Positions 1 to 9,831 of a DNA stretch of 64,000 nt are shown here, one piece after another. The stretch comes from a phage. Where the stretch lies: the NCBI GenBank assembly GCA_037431425.1, contig GCA_037431425.1_4129.2. One strand, written 5' to 3'. The translations under genes and the position numbers were made by a program. Every line of letters begins with the position of its first letter. Positions within the stretch are counted from its first letter, which is position 1. Under the pieces are notes generated by a model, which did no database searches, was not told where the DNA came from, and worked only from the letters and a program-made list of their open reading frames with translations.

Positions 1-2
1 CG

Positions 3-32
3 AAAAGGGAGAACATATGTTCTCCCTTTTTT
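3..32. terminator. Intrinsic-terminator-like palindrome at the 3' end of the 763-aa fibre gene
   Basis: Perfect palindrome AAAAGGGAGAACAT/ATGTTCTCCCTTTT (3-30) with T-run on plus strand; minus-strand fibre gene stop codon at 34-36. Confidence 0.4.
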
Positions 33-33
33 A

Positions 34-2325
34 TTATCTAATTGTTACCAATGTTCTTCCGTCGAAACGTACATCAGGAGTTGAAGGTATACTAAACACC
101 ACGTTAGTGCCGTTAAACGTCACGCTATCGACCTCAACACGAGTATATACACCAGGGCTAATCTGTTCCTGTATCTCTGCTGTAACGATGTTTGAGGCTG
201 TTACTGTAAGGGTGTATGAATCACCACTTAATACCCATGATGAAATAGTAAATGCGTCTGTCCTAACTGAACCTGAACCAATAGGAACCCATTGCCCTTT
301 TACCTTTTGCATAGAGGTTCGTTCGGATGTAGAGTATGCAATCATACCATCGACACCCACTGAGTTATCAATGCTTGCTAGTACTGGCAACTGAATACCA
401 TATCTATTAAAACGTGTACGGATAGTTCCATTATCATAGATACTTACATCAGCATAATTACCCATAGAAAGTTTCAAATCCGCTCCATCCAATGTCATTG
501 AACTTTGATTTGTATTACTTTCTAGTGTGAGTACACCGTTAGCTAATAAATTGATATTTTTAAATTTATTACTATTTCCTTTAAAAGTTGTATTAGCATT
601 AAAAGTACTTGCACCGTTAACTACAATAGTATTTTCTGCTGTGTCGCCTAATATGGTATTACCATTCAAAGTGGTTTCACCATCTACTACAATATTGGAT
701 TCGAAAGTACTATTACCATTTACTACAAGATTGGATTTAAAAGTTCCATCACCATCTACGTCTACAGTAGAATGGAAAGTACTCTTACCATTAACCACAA
801 TAGTATTTTCTGCGGTATCACCCAATATGGTATTACTATGAACAGTCAAATTACCACTGGTGGTAACATTACTAGCTAGTGTATCACCATTCAATGTACT
901 TGTTCCATCTACTACAATATTGGATTTGAAAGTACTTTTACCATTAACCACAATAGTATTTTCTGGGGTTTCACCCAATGTTGTATTACCATGAACATTC
1001 AAATTACCACTAGCAGTAATATTACTAGCTAATGTATCACCAACCAATGTACTAGTACCATCTACTACAATATTACCATGAAAAGCACTTTCACCATTTT
1101 TGAATTCAACTTGTTCTTTATTCATTGAACTAAATGAAATGATATTACTACTTGCACTTATTCCAACATTAGTATTAGTTGGATTATCGAATCTCAGAAC
1201 TGGCGTTGACGCAGGTGATGATGTTGATTGATATAATGTCAATGTCGAATTGTTAATTCTAATACGTTCAGTTCCAGAAGTACTGAATCCAATAGCATCA
1301 TCAGCAGGATGAAAAATACCAGTATTCGTGTCTGACCATTTTTCAGGGTCATTACCTGGGTTGCTTACTGGGTCGTATGGGCTATTGTTAAATGCAATTG
1401 CTGGTGCGGTAGCACTACCATAGGTCACACCAAATCTACCACCTCCTACTGTACCATCGTCGTACATGGAATCACCAGTCCTACGTAAGCATTCAATTAC
1501 AACGTTGTCGATTGATGTTTGAACGGTTCCTGCATTCGTTCTAAATGGACGATTATTTGCAATCATGATAGTATTATCATATAATACTGAAGCTGCTGAA
1601 ATACTAGTTCTTGATTGACGAAGGCGAATGTTTTTATCTTCAGTGATAATGATCCAATCACCATCTGATAGTGCTGTTTGGTTCATTGGTACACCGGATG
1701 CAAACGGTTTAGTTAAATCTTCATCAGTTGCTAAGTTTACTAGCCCACTATGACCAGTACTGGGAATGGCGGTAGATACAATTCTCGCAAAAGCATATGT
1801 TACGAGTTTAGCACCAGAAATATTTGGATTAGAATCAACATAATATAAAATTTCTACCCAATCACCCTGACCAGTTGGGTTAGTTGGAGTGAATGTCACT
1901 GTACTTGTTGTTGGTTTATTAGCTTCAAAGTGTGCTTGTGCTGCATCTATAATACCACGTACAACATAATAATCACCACTAAGTGATGCTGTAGGTGCAG
2001 GTAGTGGACTTTGTGCCAAAGGTGGGTCTATATCATCAGGGATTGGATTATACGTACCAACAAATTGTAAACCACTAGTTACTGAATCTGGTAACTGTGA
2101 TGTAAGAAGTTTGCCGTTAGCATCTAAGTTTGCAAAACGTCTATATGCCATCGAGCCATCTTCAAAATCCAGAACACCCTCGAATGATTTCCATTCTTTA
2201 TTGTATCTAATCATCCCTGATCTTATTACGTCAGCGGTTTCTTTTGATGGTGCTTTTGGTAACTCTAAAAAAGATTTACTATCAATAATTACACCACCAT
2301 CACCTCTAATTCGATTTATACTCAT
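34..2325 (-). CDS. Tail fibre protein (763 aa) with internal ~50-aa tandem repeats
   Basis: Long ORF, Gly/Ser/Thr/Asn-rich; repeats of the form NIVVDGTSTL-GDTLASN-T-SGNL-VH-NT-LG-T-ENTIVVNGKSTF (3-4 copies); RBS GAGGAAA upstream of ATG at 2325. Confidence 0.6.
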   Translation of the reverse strand: MSINRIRGDGGVIIDSKSFLELPKAPSKETADVIRSGMIRYNKEWKSFEGVLDFEDGSMAYRRFANLDANGKLLTSQLPDSVTSGLQFVGTYNPIPDDIDPPLAQSPLPAPTASLSGDYYVVRGIIDAAQAHFEANKPTTSTVTFTPTNPTGQGDWVEILYYVDSNPNISGAKLVTYAFARIVSTAIPSTGHSGLVNLATDEDLTKPFASGVPMNQTALSDGDWIIITEDKNIRLRQSRTSISAASVLYDNTIMIANNRPFRTNAGTVQTSIDNVVIECLRRTGDSMYDDGTVGGGRFGVTYGSATAPAIAFNNSPYDPVSNPGNDPEKWSDTNTGIFHPADDAIGFSTSGTERIRINNSTLTLYQSTSSPASTPVLRFDNPTNTNVGISASSNIISFSSMNKEQVEFKNGESAFHGNIVVDGTSTLVGDTLASNITASGNLNVHGNTTLGETPENTIVVNGKSTFKSNIVVDGTSTLNGDTLASNVTTSGNLTVHSNTILGDTAENTIVVNGKSTFHSTVDVDGDGTFKSNLVVNGNSTFESNIVVDGETTLNGNTILGDTAENTIVVNGASTFNANTTFKGNSNKFKNINLLANGVLTLESNTNQSSMTLDGADLKLSMGNYADVSIYDNGTIRTRFNRYGIQLPVLASIDNSVGVDGMIAYSTSERTSMQKVKGQWVPIGSGSVRTDAFTISSWVLSGDSYTLTVTASNIVTAEIQEQISPGVYTRVEVDSVTFNGTNVVFSIPSTPDVRFDGRTLVTIR
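600..1100 (-). repeat. In-frame tandem repeats (~150-bp unit, 3-4 copies) inside the 763-aa fibre gene
   Basis: Motif CCATTAACCACAATAGTATTTTCTG recurs ~150 bp apart (near 795 and 945); matches the ~50-aa protein repeats; boundaries approximate. Confidence 0.5.
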
Positions 2326-2359
2326 TTAAATATTTCCTCAGAATAGATTATATATGATG

Positions 2360-2367
2360 TATTTATT
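2360..2367 (-). promoter_or_regulatory. T4-late-promoter-like box (AATAAATA) upstream of the 763-aa fibre gene
   Basis: Reverse complement of 2360-2367 is AATAAATA, 35 nt upstream of ATG at 2325; same box and spacing recur before other late genes here. Confidence 0.4.
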
Positions 2368-2370
2368 TTA

Positions 2371-2404
2371 GATAAAAGAAAAGGCCAAGTATAGACCTGG
2401 CCTT
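2371..2404 (-). terminator. Intrinsic terminator after the 259-aa gene
   Basis: Hairpin AAGGCCA (2381-2387) / TGGCCTT (2398-2404); on the minus-strand transcript it is followed by UUCUUUUAUC. Confidence 0.45.
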
Positions 2405-2410
2405 TAAAAA

Positions 2411-3190
2411 TTATTTATTACGTTCAGGTATCTGAATACCTTCATATACCCATTTAGCAGCTTGTTGTGCTTTATAAATTGCATCTGGGTCAGAATCATC
2501 AACTGCATCAATCGCTGCACATTGCTCTTCACATTCAGAAAATAGTTTTTCTACCATTGCTGATACTTCAGTATATAGTTGTGTCATTTCTTCTGCGGTA
2601 AGTTTTACAATAGCATCATCCAGTATGATAGTGACATTTTCAGCACCCGACACTACTTGTGTATAATAATTAAGTAGCATTTGACGACCTGCAAGATCGG
2701 TATTGTAGAGATGTTCTTTGAATTCATAACCTGAATTAACACGAAATGCTCTCTCAGATAATGTTCTTTCTTTTAAATCTGATTTTACATCAGCAATTGG
2801 TACATCAACAAAATTATAAGTTTTAAGTACTGTTAATGCTTTATATTCATCAGTTGCATCTTCCAAAAATTCCACCACTGGTTGCTTTTCATCTTTCAAA
2901 CGAACATATTCCAATTGTTGGCCTTTTGAATTCACATTGCCGACATTTTTATATTCTAACCACCAAAAACCTTCTTCTTTTCTCACTACATCATTCGGCT
3001 CTACTGGTGAACCATCAACACTGGAAATTCCGTACAGAGTTCTAATATCACTATAAAGATAACGATAAGTCTGAGTATCATCGGGAGTTGCACCTGGACG
3101 TTCTTTAAGACCTTTAACACCAATTGGATTAGTAATAATATTACCCAATTCATAATTTTCTTTTGAATCACCTTTCACATATGTGAACAT
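2411..3190 (-). CDS. Hypothetical protein (259 aa) between two fibre genes; possible fibre accessory/assembly protein
   Basis: ORF with RBS GAGGTAG upstream of ATG; function guessed from position only. Confidence 0.5.
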   Translation of the reverse strand: MFTYVKGDSKENYELGNIITNPIGVKGLKERPGATPDDTQTYRYLYSDIRTLYGISSVDGSPVEPNDVVRKEEGFWWLEYKNVGNVNSKGQQLEYVRLKDEKQPVVEFLEDATDEYKALTVLKTYNFVDVPIADVKSDLKERTLSERAFRVNSGYEFKEHLYNTDLAGRQMLLNYYTQVVSGAENVTIILDDAIVKLTAEEMTQLYTEVSAMVEKLFSECEEQCAAIDAVDDSDPDAIYKAQQAAKWVYEGIQIPERNK

Positions 3191-3213
3191 ATAACTACCT
3201 CATTTGTTATGAT

Positions 3214-3238
3214 GGTGTCACCAAGTATAGGTGACACC
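3214..3238. other. Perfect 9-bp inverted repeat GGTGTCACC-N7-GGTGACACC between fibre cistrons
   Basis: Seen directly; followed by TTTTATTATAATT on the plus strand (terminator-like for antisense transcription); in the minus-strand mRNA it is an intercistronic stem-loop 15 nt after the upstream stop. Confidence 0.4.
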
Positions 3239-3252
3239 TTTTATTATAATTA

Positions 3253-6200
3253 TTAAGCGGTACGTTGAGCAATAAACATATCTGCTACTGAACTTACACC
3301 ATCGTAAATTACCTGATAGATAGTTACAGAGTTTGCAGTTTTATTTAGAGTCCCATCAACAACAGCATATGTACCATCAGTAGTAAAGTTTCTATTACCA
3401 GTTGCATCTTGTTTAACATAAATGTATACTGATGATGCTTTTCCACCACCGATTAGACCAGTGATTGGTGCTAGAGTAGTATCTTGATCAAGAGTGATGA
3501 AGTATACGTTGCTAGTACCGTCAGGGGTCCAAGTACCATTCGGTGCAATAACAGAGGAAGTTACTTTACTTGGAATAACATCATACTTTTTGGTAGTTAC
3601 GGTTGTAGTGGCGAGTTCTGCGTTGGTTGTAGTTAACTTACCAGTAACAGTTACTTCTTTATCAAACACCGCATTTTCTTTGAAAGTTGGTGTTGAATTA
3701 ACAGTTAGTGTGTCAGTATTAGTATTACCTAAAACCACACTACCACTTGCTGTCATCAAACCAGAAACAGTTAGTGTACCACCAATAGTTGCATTACCAG
3801 TTACTGATGCACTAGCAAGTGTAGCTGCACCAGATGTAGTTATTGTTGTAACAGATGCTGCCTCTAGTGTGGTTGCACCAGTTGCGGTAAGTTTACCATC
3901 AACTACTAGATCACCAGTTACGGATGCACCACCGGACATTGTTACTGCCCCACCGAATGAACCAGTTGTAATTACTTCAAGTGTGTTACCTTTTAGTAAT
4001 TCAGTTGCTGTGATACTTGTACCAGCGGTAATGCTTGTACCCGCAGAAACAGTATTAGTTGCAGTTAAGGACTTCACAGCTACATCAGAGTTAGCTTGGT
4101 TAAGTTTAGCATTTAGAGTACCTGTTACTGTGAAGTCACCGTTGTTAACAACATTACCATTGATAGTTAGGTTGTTATTTTGTGAACCGACATCACCAAT
4201 TGTTGCTGATTTAGAAATTAACTCAGCACCAGCGGTAATGTTGCCAGCAGCACTGATATTGTTTGCTGCAACAACTGCATAAGGTTCAATTGTTTGACCA
4301 CTAACATCAATATCTGCGTTAATACCACCATCAACACGCAAAGAACCAGCAATATATGTATTAGGGAAAATCTGAACAGTTTCAGTGTGTTCACCGACCT
4401 GTGTACCAACAATAACATTAGATCCAGTTTTCACTGCACCAGAAGTTGTTAGAGAACCTACTGTTGCTTTGCCAGTAACACCTAGTGTACCGCCAACAGT
4501 TGCATTATTAGTTACTGCCAATGCTGTTCCTTCACCATTCAGTGTAATTGATGGAGCAGTTGCTTTACCAGTTACATCTAGTGTACCACCAACAGTTGCA
4601 TTACCATCTGAATGTATTGTTGTTGCAACAGAAAGACTGTTTGCAATTACATCCGCACCAGTCAAATCCAATGCACCTGGTGTTAATGTACCAGTAATGT
4701 TAACATTATTACCAAAGGTTGCTGCACCAGTTACATCTAGTGTAGTGCTAAATGTACCAGAAGTTGCAGAGATTGCACCAGATTCAAGTGAACCAACAGT
4801 GGTTTTTCCAGTTACACCCAGTGTACCACCAACTGTTCCATTTGTTGTAACTTCTAGTGTTCCAGTACTTAGATCTTTTGCTGTCACTTTACCAGATGCG
4901 TTAACAGTTGTTGTTGTAACACCACCACTTAGGGTGCTTGTCCCAGTAACACTGAGTGTTTTTGCTGCACTAACGCTGTTTACAGTAAGATCAGCACCTG
5001 ATAGGTCTAAACCACCTTCAGGAATAAAATTACCCTTAACTGTTAGTTGTTGAACAGTACTGTCACCAGTTACATCTAGTGTAGAAGCAGTCAAACCACC
5101 ATTCATACTTGCTGCACCAGTTACATCTAGTGTAGTTGTTACAGTTGCACTGTTTAGTGTGGAGCTACCGGAAATATTAGCACTAGGTGCAGTAATAGAT
5201 CCTTTTACAACTTGTACATCACCCGCAACAACATCAATACCACCAGCATTAACTGTTAGTTTTTCAGCAGTATTCAACGTACTTGAAATTGTTGTTGCAC
5301 CAGTTAAGGTTGTAGTTCCAGCTACACTTATGTTTCCAGAGATAGATGGATTACCTGTAATGTCACCAGTAGTGAGAACCAATTCAGTACCTACAGTAGT
5401 AGAACCAGTACTTTCTAGTGTTACACCAACGATGTTTGCAGAACTTAGGTTAATAGTACCATCAACAGTTAAGTTACCGTGAACTGTCGCATCACCAAGT
5501 GAATTTAATGTTTTCACTGAAACATCAGTTTTACTAAGGTCAATTACACCCGCAGTAAGTGTTCCAGATACTGCCAAATTACCAGTTATTGCTGTATTTT
5601 TAGTAATAGATACTGTTTCTGATGCTGACGTAATGGAGCCAGCAGTAAGTGCCCCACCAATGGTTGCATTGTTAGTTACGGTTAACGCTGTTTCTTCACC
5701 AGATAGTGTTAAAGAAATACCATTCATTTCACCAGTAATATTTGCCGATGCCGCAGAAATATCACCAGCAACTACCGCATTTGTTGCGTTTAGGGTTGTT
5801 GTGGTAATTTCAGTACTTTTCACTTTAGGTAGTGCGTTGATACCATCTTTACTATTAACTGTAATAATACCAGTACTTGTTAGAGATTTAACAGATACAT
5901 CAGCACCACTTAAATCAACTGTACCAGAAACAACTAGATCGCCACCAATATTAGCTCCTTCTGTTGTAGTGATTGATTTTGCATTAACTTCAGTGTTACT
6001 CAAATCAATTGCACCAGGTGATACAGTTCCAGAAACTGTGAGATTACCAGTAACTGTAGTATCATTAGAAATAGATACACCATCATCATTGCTAATTGTT
6101 GGGGTTTCAATTGTAACAGCTTTAACTTTACCAGAAGAAGTCATGTCAGCAACAGTAGATGCACCAGTAACATTCAAATTAGTAATATTTGCAGTTGTTG

Positions 6201-8796
6201 AACCAAGGGTTGCAATAGTTGCATCAGTACTTTCTAGTTTAGGAAGAACACTAGCAATAGAAGATTCGTTACTAACAATTGCACCAGTACTAGTTAAAGA
6301 TTTGACAGTAACATCAGCCGTAGTAAGATCTACTGTACCATTAACAGTTAGGTTACCACCAATAGTTGCACCAGCAGTAGTAGTAATGGATTTAGCATTA
6401 ACATCAGTTGTTGCTAGATCGATAGAACCTGGAATAACTGCACCAGTAACGGTTAGGTCACCAGTTACATTTGTATTATTGGAAATAGTGACACCACTTG
6501 CATTTGAAATGGTTGGGGTAACCAACGATGCAGTTGTAGTTTCACCAGTTACAGTTAAAGTTGACCCAACTAGAACAGATGAGCTTGAGTAAATTGTACC
6601 CAAATTAGCAGATCCGGTAACAGTTATATCATCAGCATTAACAGTAGTTGCCGTTATGGTAGTACTATTAAGTACTGGAAGTACGTTAGCATTAACAAGA
6701 TCATTACTTTTAACAATACCAGAAGTAGTTAATGATTTAACATTAAGGTTGGCTGCTGATAAATCAAAAGAGCCTTGAACTACTAAATCACCACCTATAG
6801 TTGCACCAGCAGTAGTAGTGATTGATTTAGCATTAATATCGGTAGTGCTCAAGTCTAGAGAACCAACAGTTAAGCTACCAGTAATATCAACATTTTCTGT
6901 AAAGTTAGTATTACCACTAATAGTTGGTGCAGTCAGAGTTGTTGCACTAATATTAGTACCGTTAATTGTTTGCCCACTTACAGTTCCACTCGCAGTGATA
7001 GTAGGAGCCGTTACTTCAGTAGATGCACTAATTGTTGGTGCAGATACAGAAGTTGTACCAGTAATAGTACCAGAACTTACTGAACCAGCGGATAATGCAC
7101 CAGAAAGAGTTGCAGTTGTACCAGCAATATCACCAGTAACAGTTAGTTTAGCACCCACGGTAGTGTTACCAGTACTTTCAAGTGTTGCACCTTTAATATT
7201 TGCTGCCGCGACAACAGAATTAGGTGTTAGATCTTGACCACTAACATCAACAGTTAGTCCAGTTACTGTTCCAGTAAATTCAACATCATTAAGAATTGCC
7301 TTACCACCAACTGTAAGGTATGGTGTACTTGGGTCTTGAGTATCGTTACCAGTGATAGTTAGATAATCTAGTTTGTTTAGGCCGTTACCAGTAATACCAT
7401 AAGAAGATAGTGATGCATTACCAAAGGTAGCAGTTTTAAGTACTTTCAATGTTGCTGGGGAAACCAACTCAGATTGAACTTCATTAGGTAAAATAACAGT
7501 TGGACGTTGATCTTGTGCGGTATATGCAAAACCTAGTTTCACAGCAGAATCTTGTGAATTTTGACCTAAACTAATAGCTTTAAAAGAAGCAGTACCGTTT
7601 AAACCAGTAATATTAGATCCTAGTGTAACACCACCAACTAAAGAAGACGCACCCTTTATATTTAAAGTGTTTGCATCAATATCATCAAGTTGGAAATCAC
7701 CACCAAATGTACCGGAAACATTAATATTATTAAAATTAGCAGTACCAGTACTTTCAATATCTGGAATGGTTGCTGTTCCAGTAACCTCAAAATCAGCAAC
7801 TTTAGTTTTACCTTTTGTCACTTCTAGAAGTGGGGTGTCAGGTGATTGTGTATCGTTACCAGAAACGGTTAGATAATCTAGTTTGTTTAGACCATTACCA
7901 GTAATACCATAAGAAGACAATGATGCATTACCAAAAGTAGCAGAAGTTAAAACTGTCAATTTAGCAGGTGACATTAATTCAGATTGAATTTCATTTTGTA
8001 GAATTACTGTTGGACGTTTATCAGGAGCACTGTAAGGGAAGCTCAATCTGGAGGTTTGTGATTCAGAGTCGGTTCCGATACGGATATCTTTAAATGTAGC
8101 AGTGCTATTAATACCAGTTACGTTAGCACCAAAAGTTACCGCACCTTTTTGATTAGATGCACCAGTAACATTCAATGTTTCAGCGTTTAAATCAGAAAGA
8201 TTAAACTCGCCACCTAGTGTACCACTAATATTCACATCTTGAAACTCAGCAGTGCCAGTACTACTGATGTCTTTAATTTTTGCAGAATTGGCAGTAATTT
8301 TATCAAATGCGGCAGTAGTTCCAGAATACGCAACTAAGTCACCTTTCATGCTCAAGTTACCTTTTGTACTTAAGTCCCCTTCCACGTTTAATGTACCGTT
8401 CATTGTTGCTGTCTCAGCAACTTCCAATTGTTTAACTTTAGTTGCTTGAAGTGTTGTTTTACCCTCAGATTGAGTGAGATCTGCACCCACCGTAACAGTA
8501 CCGTTAAATGTGGCGTTTGCATTAATTGTTGCTGTATCAGAATCACCATCTTCACTACCGATTGTAGTATTACCTTTAATATCAAGACCACCACTTAGTG
8601 TTGCTTTTCCAGCAACATCTAATGTGGATGTAATATTGGCAGTTTCGGTTTCAATGGCAGTAAAAGTTGCATTTGTGAAAGATATACTACCATTTACAGT
8701 TAGGTTATTCTTGAATACAGCATTCCCTTTGACTAAAAGATCCTTACCAACCGTACCGGAGCCAGTAATATCTAAGTCAGTTTTTATTGAGTACAT
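3253..8796 (-). CDS. Very large fibrous protein (1847 aa), probable long tail fibre/adhesin
   Basis: 5.5-kb ORF; Thr/Ser/Gly/Asn/Val-rich low-complexity sequence; two families of long in-frame repeats; RBS GGAGGG 5 nt upstream of ATG at 8796. Confidence 0.65.
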   Translation of the reverse strand: MYSIKTDLDITGSGTVGKDLLVKGNAVFKNNLTVNGSISFTNATFTAIETETANITSTLDVAGKATLSGGLDIKGNTTIGSEDGDSDTATINANATFNGTVTVGADLTQSEGKTTLQATKVKQLEVAETATMNGTLNVEGDLSTKGNLSMKGDLVAYSGTTAAFDKITANSAKIKDISSTGTAEFQDVNISGTLGGEFNLSDLNAETLNVTGASNQKGAVTFGANVTGINSTATFKDIRIGTDSESQTSRLSFPYSAPDKRPTVILQNEIQSELMSPAKLTVLTSATFGNASLSSYGITGNGLNKLDYLTVSGNDTQSPDTPLLEVTKGKTKVADFEVTGTATIPDIESTGTANFNNINVSGTFGGDFQLDDIDANTLNIKGASSLVGGVTLGSNITGLNGTASFKAISLGQNSQDSAVKLGFAYTAQDQRPTVILPNEVQSELVSPATLKVLKTATFGNASLSSYGITGNGLNKLDYLTITGNDTQDPSTPYLTVGGKAILNDVEFTGTVTGLTVDVSGQDLTPNSVVAAANIKGATLESTGNTTVGAKLTVTGDIAGTTATLSGALSAGSVSSGTITGTTSVSAPTISASTEVTAPTITASGTVSGQTINGTNISATTLTAPTISGNTNFTENVDITGSLTVGSLDLSTTDINAKSITTTAGATIGGDLVVQGSFDLSAANLNVKSLTTSGIVKSNDLVNANVLPVLNSTTITATTVNADDITVTGSANLGTIYSSSSVLVGSTLTVTGETTTASLVTPTISNASGVTISNNTNVTGDLTVTGAVIPGSIDLATTDVNAKSITTTAGATIGGNLTVNGTVDLTTADVTVKSLTSTGAIVSNESSIASVLPKLESTDATIATLGSTTANITNLNVTGASTVADMTSSGKVKAVTIETPTISNDDGVSISNDTTVTGNLTVSGTVSPGAIDLSNTEVNAKSITTTEGANIGGDLVVSGTVDLSGADVSVKSLTSTGIITVNSKDGINALPKVKSTEITTTTLNATNAVVAGDISAASANITGEMNGISLTLSGEETALTVTNNATIGGALTAGSITSASETVSITKNTAITGNLAVSGTLTAGVIDLSKTDVSVKTLNSLGDATVHGNLTVDGTINLSSANIVGVTLESTGSTTVGTELVLTTGDITGNPSISGNISVAGTTTLTGATTISSTLNTAEKLTVNAGGIDVVAGDVQVVKGSITAPSANISGSSTLNSATVTTTLDVTGAASMNGGLTASTLDVTGDSTVQQLTVKGNFIPEGGLDLSGADLTVNSVSAAKTLSVTGTSTLSGGVTTTTVNASGKVTAKDLSTGTLEVTTNGTVGGTLGVTGKTTVGSLESGAISATSGTFSTTLDVTGAATFGNNVNITGTLTPGALDLTGADVIANSLSVATTIHSDGNATVGGTLDVTGKATAPSITLNGEGTALAVTNNATVGGTLGVTGKATVGSLTTSGAVKTGSNVIVGTQVGEHTETVQIFPNTYIAGSLRVDGGINADIDVSGQTIEPYAVVAANNISAAGNITAGAELISKSATIGDVGSQNNNLTINGNVVNNGDFTVTGTLNAKLNQANSDVAVKSLTATNTVSAGTSITAGTSITATELLKGNTLEVITTGSFGGAVTMSGGASVTGDLVVDGKLTATGATTLEAASVTTITTSGAATLASASVTGNATIGGTLTVSGLMTASGSVVLGNTNTDTLTVNSTPTFKENAVFDKEVTVTGKLTTTNAELATTTVTTKKYDVIPSKVTSSVIAPNGTWTPDGTSNVYFITLDQDTTLAPITGLIGGGKASSVYIYVKQDATGNRNFTTDGTYAVVDGTLNKTANSVTIYQVIYDGVSSVADMFIAQRTA
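5570..6910 (-). repeat. ~420-bp in-frame tandem repeat, 3 full copies plus a partial, inside the 1847-aa fibre gene
   Basis: Protein repeats beginning G-ID/LDLS-T-VNAKSITTT-GA-IGG-L-V-G-VDL; DNA motif GATTGATTTAGCATTAA recurs near 5980, 6400 and 6830; boundaries approximate. Confidence 0.5.
7250..8280 (-). repeat. ~510-bp direct duplication (2 copies, ~170 aa each) inside the 1847-aa fibre gene
   Basis: DNA motif GTTAGATAATCTAGTTTGTTTAG at ~7358 and ~7868; protein segments ...RPTVIL-NE-QSEL-SPA-L-VL-(S/T)ATFGNASLSSYGITGNGLNKLDYLT... nearly identical. Confidence 0.55.
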
Positions 8797-8868
8797 TTAT
8801 ACCCTCCATTATAACCTTGTTAATATGTATATATTTAGTTTTATTCTCCTGTTAACTAATAATTTATC

Positions 8869-8903
8869 AAAATAAAAAACCAGACTTATCTTAATAAGTC
8901 TGG
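8869..8903 (-). terminator. Intrinsic terminator (bidirectional) between the 300-aa and 1847-aa fibre genes
   Basis: 10-bp stem CCAGACTTAT (8880-8889) / ATAAGTCTGG (8894-8903), 4-nt loop, A-run upstream and T-run downstream. Confidence 0.6.
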
Positions 8904-8912
8904 TTTCATTTT

Positions 8913-9815
8913 TTACTTACCAGAGATAACAATCTTCCCACTGAATGTAACATCAGAAGTAAAGGTTACGTCACCTGTGTTGCTAATTTGTGTATCCGTT
9001 ACAACTAATTCAAATGGAGATAACGAAACACTGCCAGGTGTTTTATTTGCATAAATCGAAACATACAAATTTTCTGGTGATTGTTTGTGTTCAGATGCTG
9101 GAATCGTGATGATGAATTTATCCTCATCTTTATTAGAAATCCAATCAGCTTGGTTTACCAATTTACTATAAGGTGCTGTCATTGATGTTGCTCCTATAAT
9201 GTTTACTATAACATTTTTATAATCCGTAATTTCCCCAATTACATCTATTGTAATATCACCCGTACCGCTTACTACCACAGAGGTTTGAAATATTGTATCC
9301 AATGTTACACCACCAGGATCGCCATGTAGTTGTATCATGATATCTGCACCACGGCCATGAACAGATGCTGGTAATGTGTATGTATAATGATCAGTAGTGT
9401 CTGGTACTAATGTAAATTCAGAAACGGGTACAGTTTCTGATGTTACATATGAACTATCAGTTTGTTGTGCATTTCCTTTAAATGATTTCCAAATACCAAG
9501 ATCTTTAATATAAATTTGAAGAACATTAGTTTCATCAACTAAAAAATACACATTGCCATCTAACCCAATAGATTCATCCGGGGCACTGGTCCCACTCAAA
9601 ATACCAGAACTTCCAGAGCCACTATGTGCGTTTAGATATCCTAACGTAACCAGATGTGTGTTAGAGGTCGGTTCACCTGCTGAAATTGGAAGAAGTTTTG
9701 TTCCTGAGTAGTTTTGTATTTGCACGACACTACCATTTGTGGTAATCTGTGCACCATTCTTCCCAAGAATGAAGGATTTCTTCATTGTTCCTTCTAAATT
9801 AGAAAAAACTGCCAT
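8913..9815 (-). CDS. Receptor-binding-protein-like protein (300 aa) sharing an N-terminal module with the adjacent tailspike
   Basis: N-terminus MAVFSNLEGTMKKSFILGKNGAQI... parallels MAVFSNFEGTMKPKMILGKNGASI... of the 714-aa protein; RBS GGAG upstream. Confidence 0.55.
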   Translation of the reverse strand: MAVFSNLEGTMKKSFILGKNGAQITTNGSVVQIQNYSGTKLLPISAGEPTSNTHLVTLGYLNAHSGSGSSGILSGTSAPDESIGLDGNVYFLVDETNVLQIYIKDLGIWKSFKGNAQQTDSSYVTSETVPVSEFTLVPDTTDHYTYTLPASVHGRGADIMIQLHGDPGGVTLDTIFQTSVVVSGTGDITIDVIGEITDYKNVIVNIIGATSMTAPYSKLVNQADWISNKDEDKFIITIPASEHKQSPENLYVSIYANKTPGSVSLSPFELVVTDTQISNTGDVTFTSDVTFSGKIVISGK

Positions 9816-9831
9816 TTTAATTTAATCTCCT

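Noticed and set aside
17-394. Plus-strand ORF (125 aa) at the window start
   Set aside because: Lies entirely antisense to the 763-aa fibre gene, starts inside the terminator palindrome, no RBS; the fibre gene has the repeats and coding continuity.
3494-7237. Series of long plus-strand ORFs (262, 222, 107, 319, 139 aa)
   Set aside because: All antisense to the 1847-aa fibre gene; their Val/Thr/Ala/Pro-rich translations are the mirror of the repetitive fibre codons, with no RBS or promoter signals.
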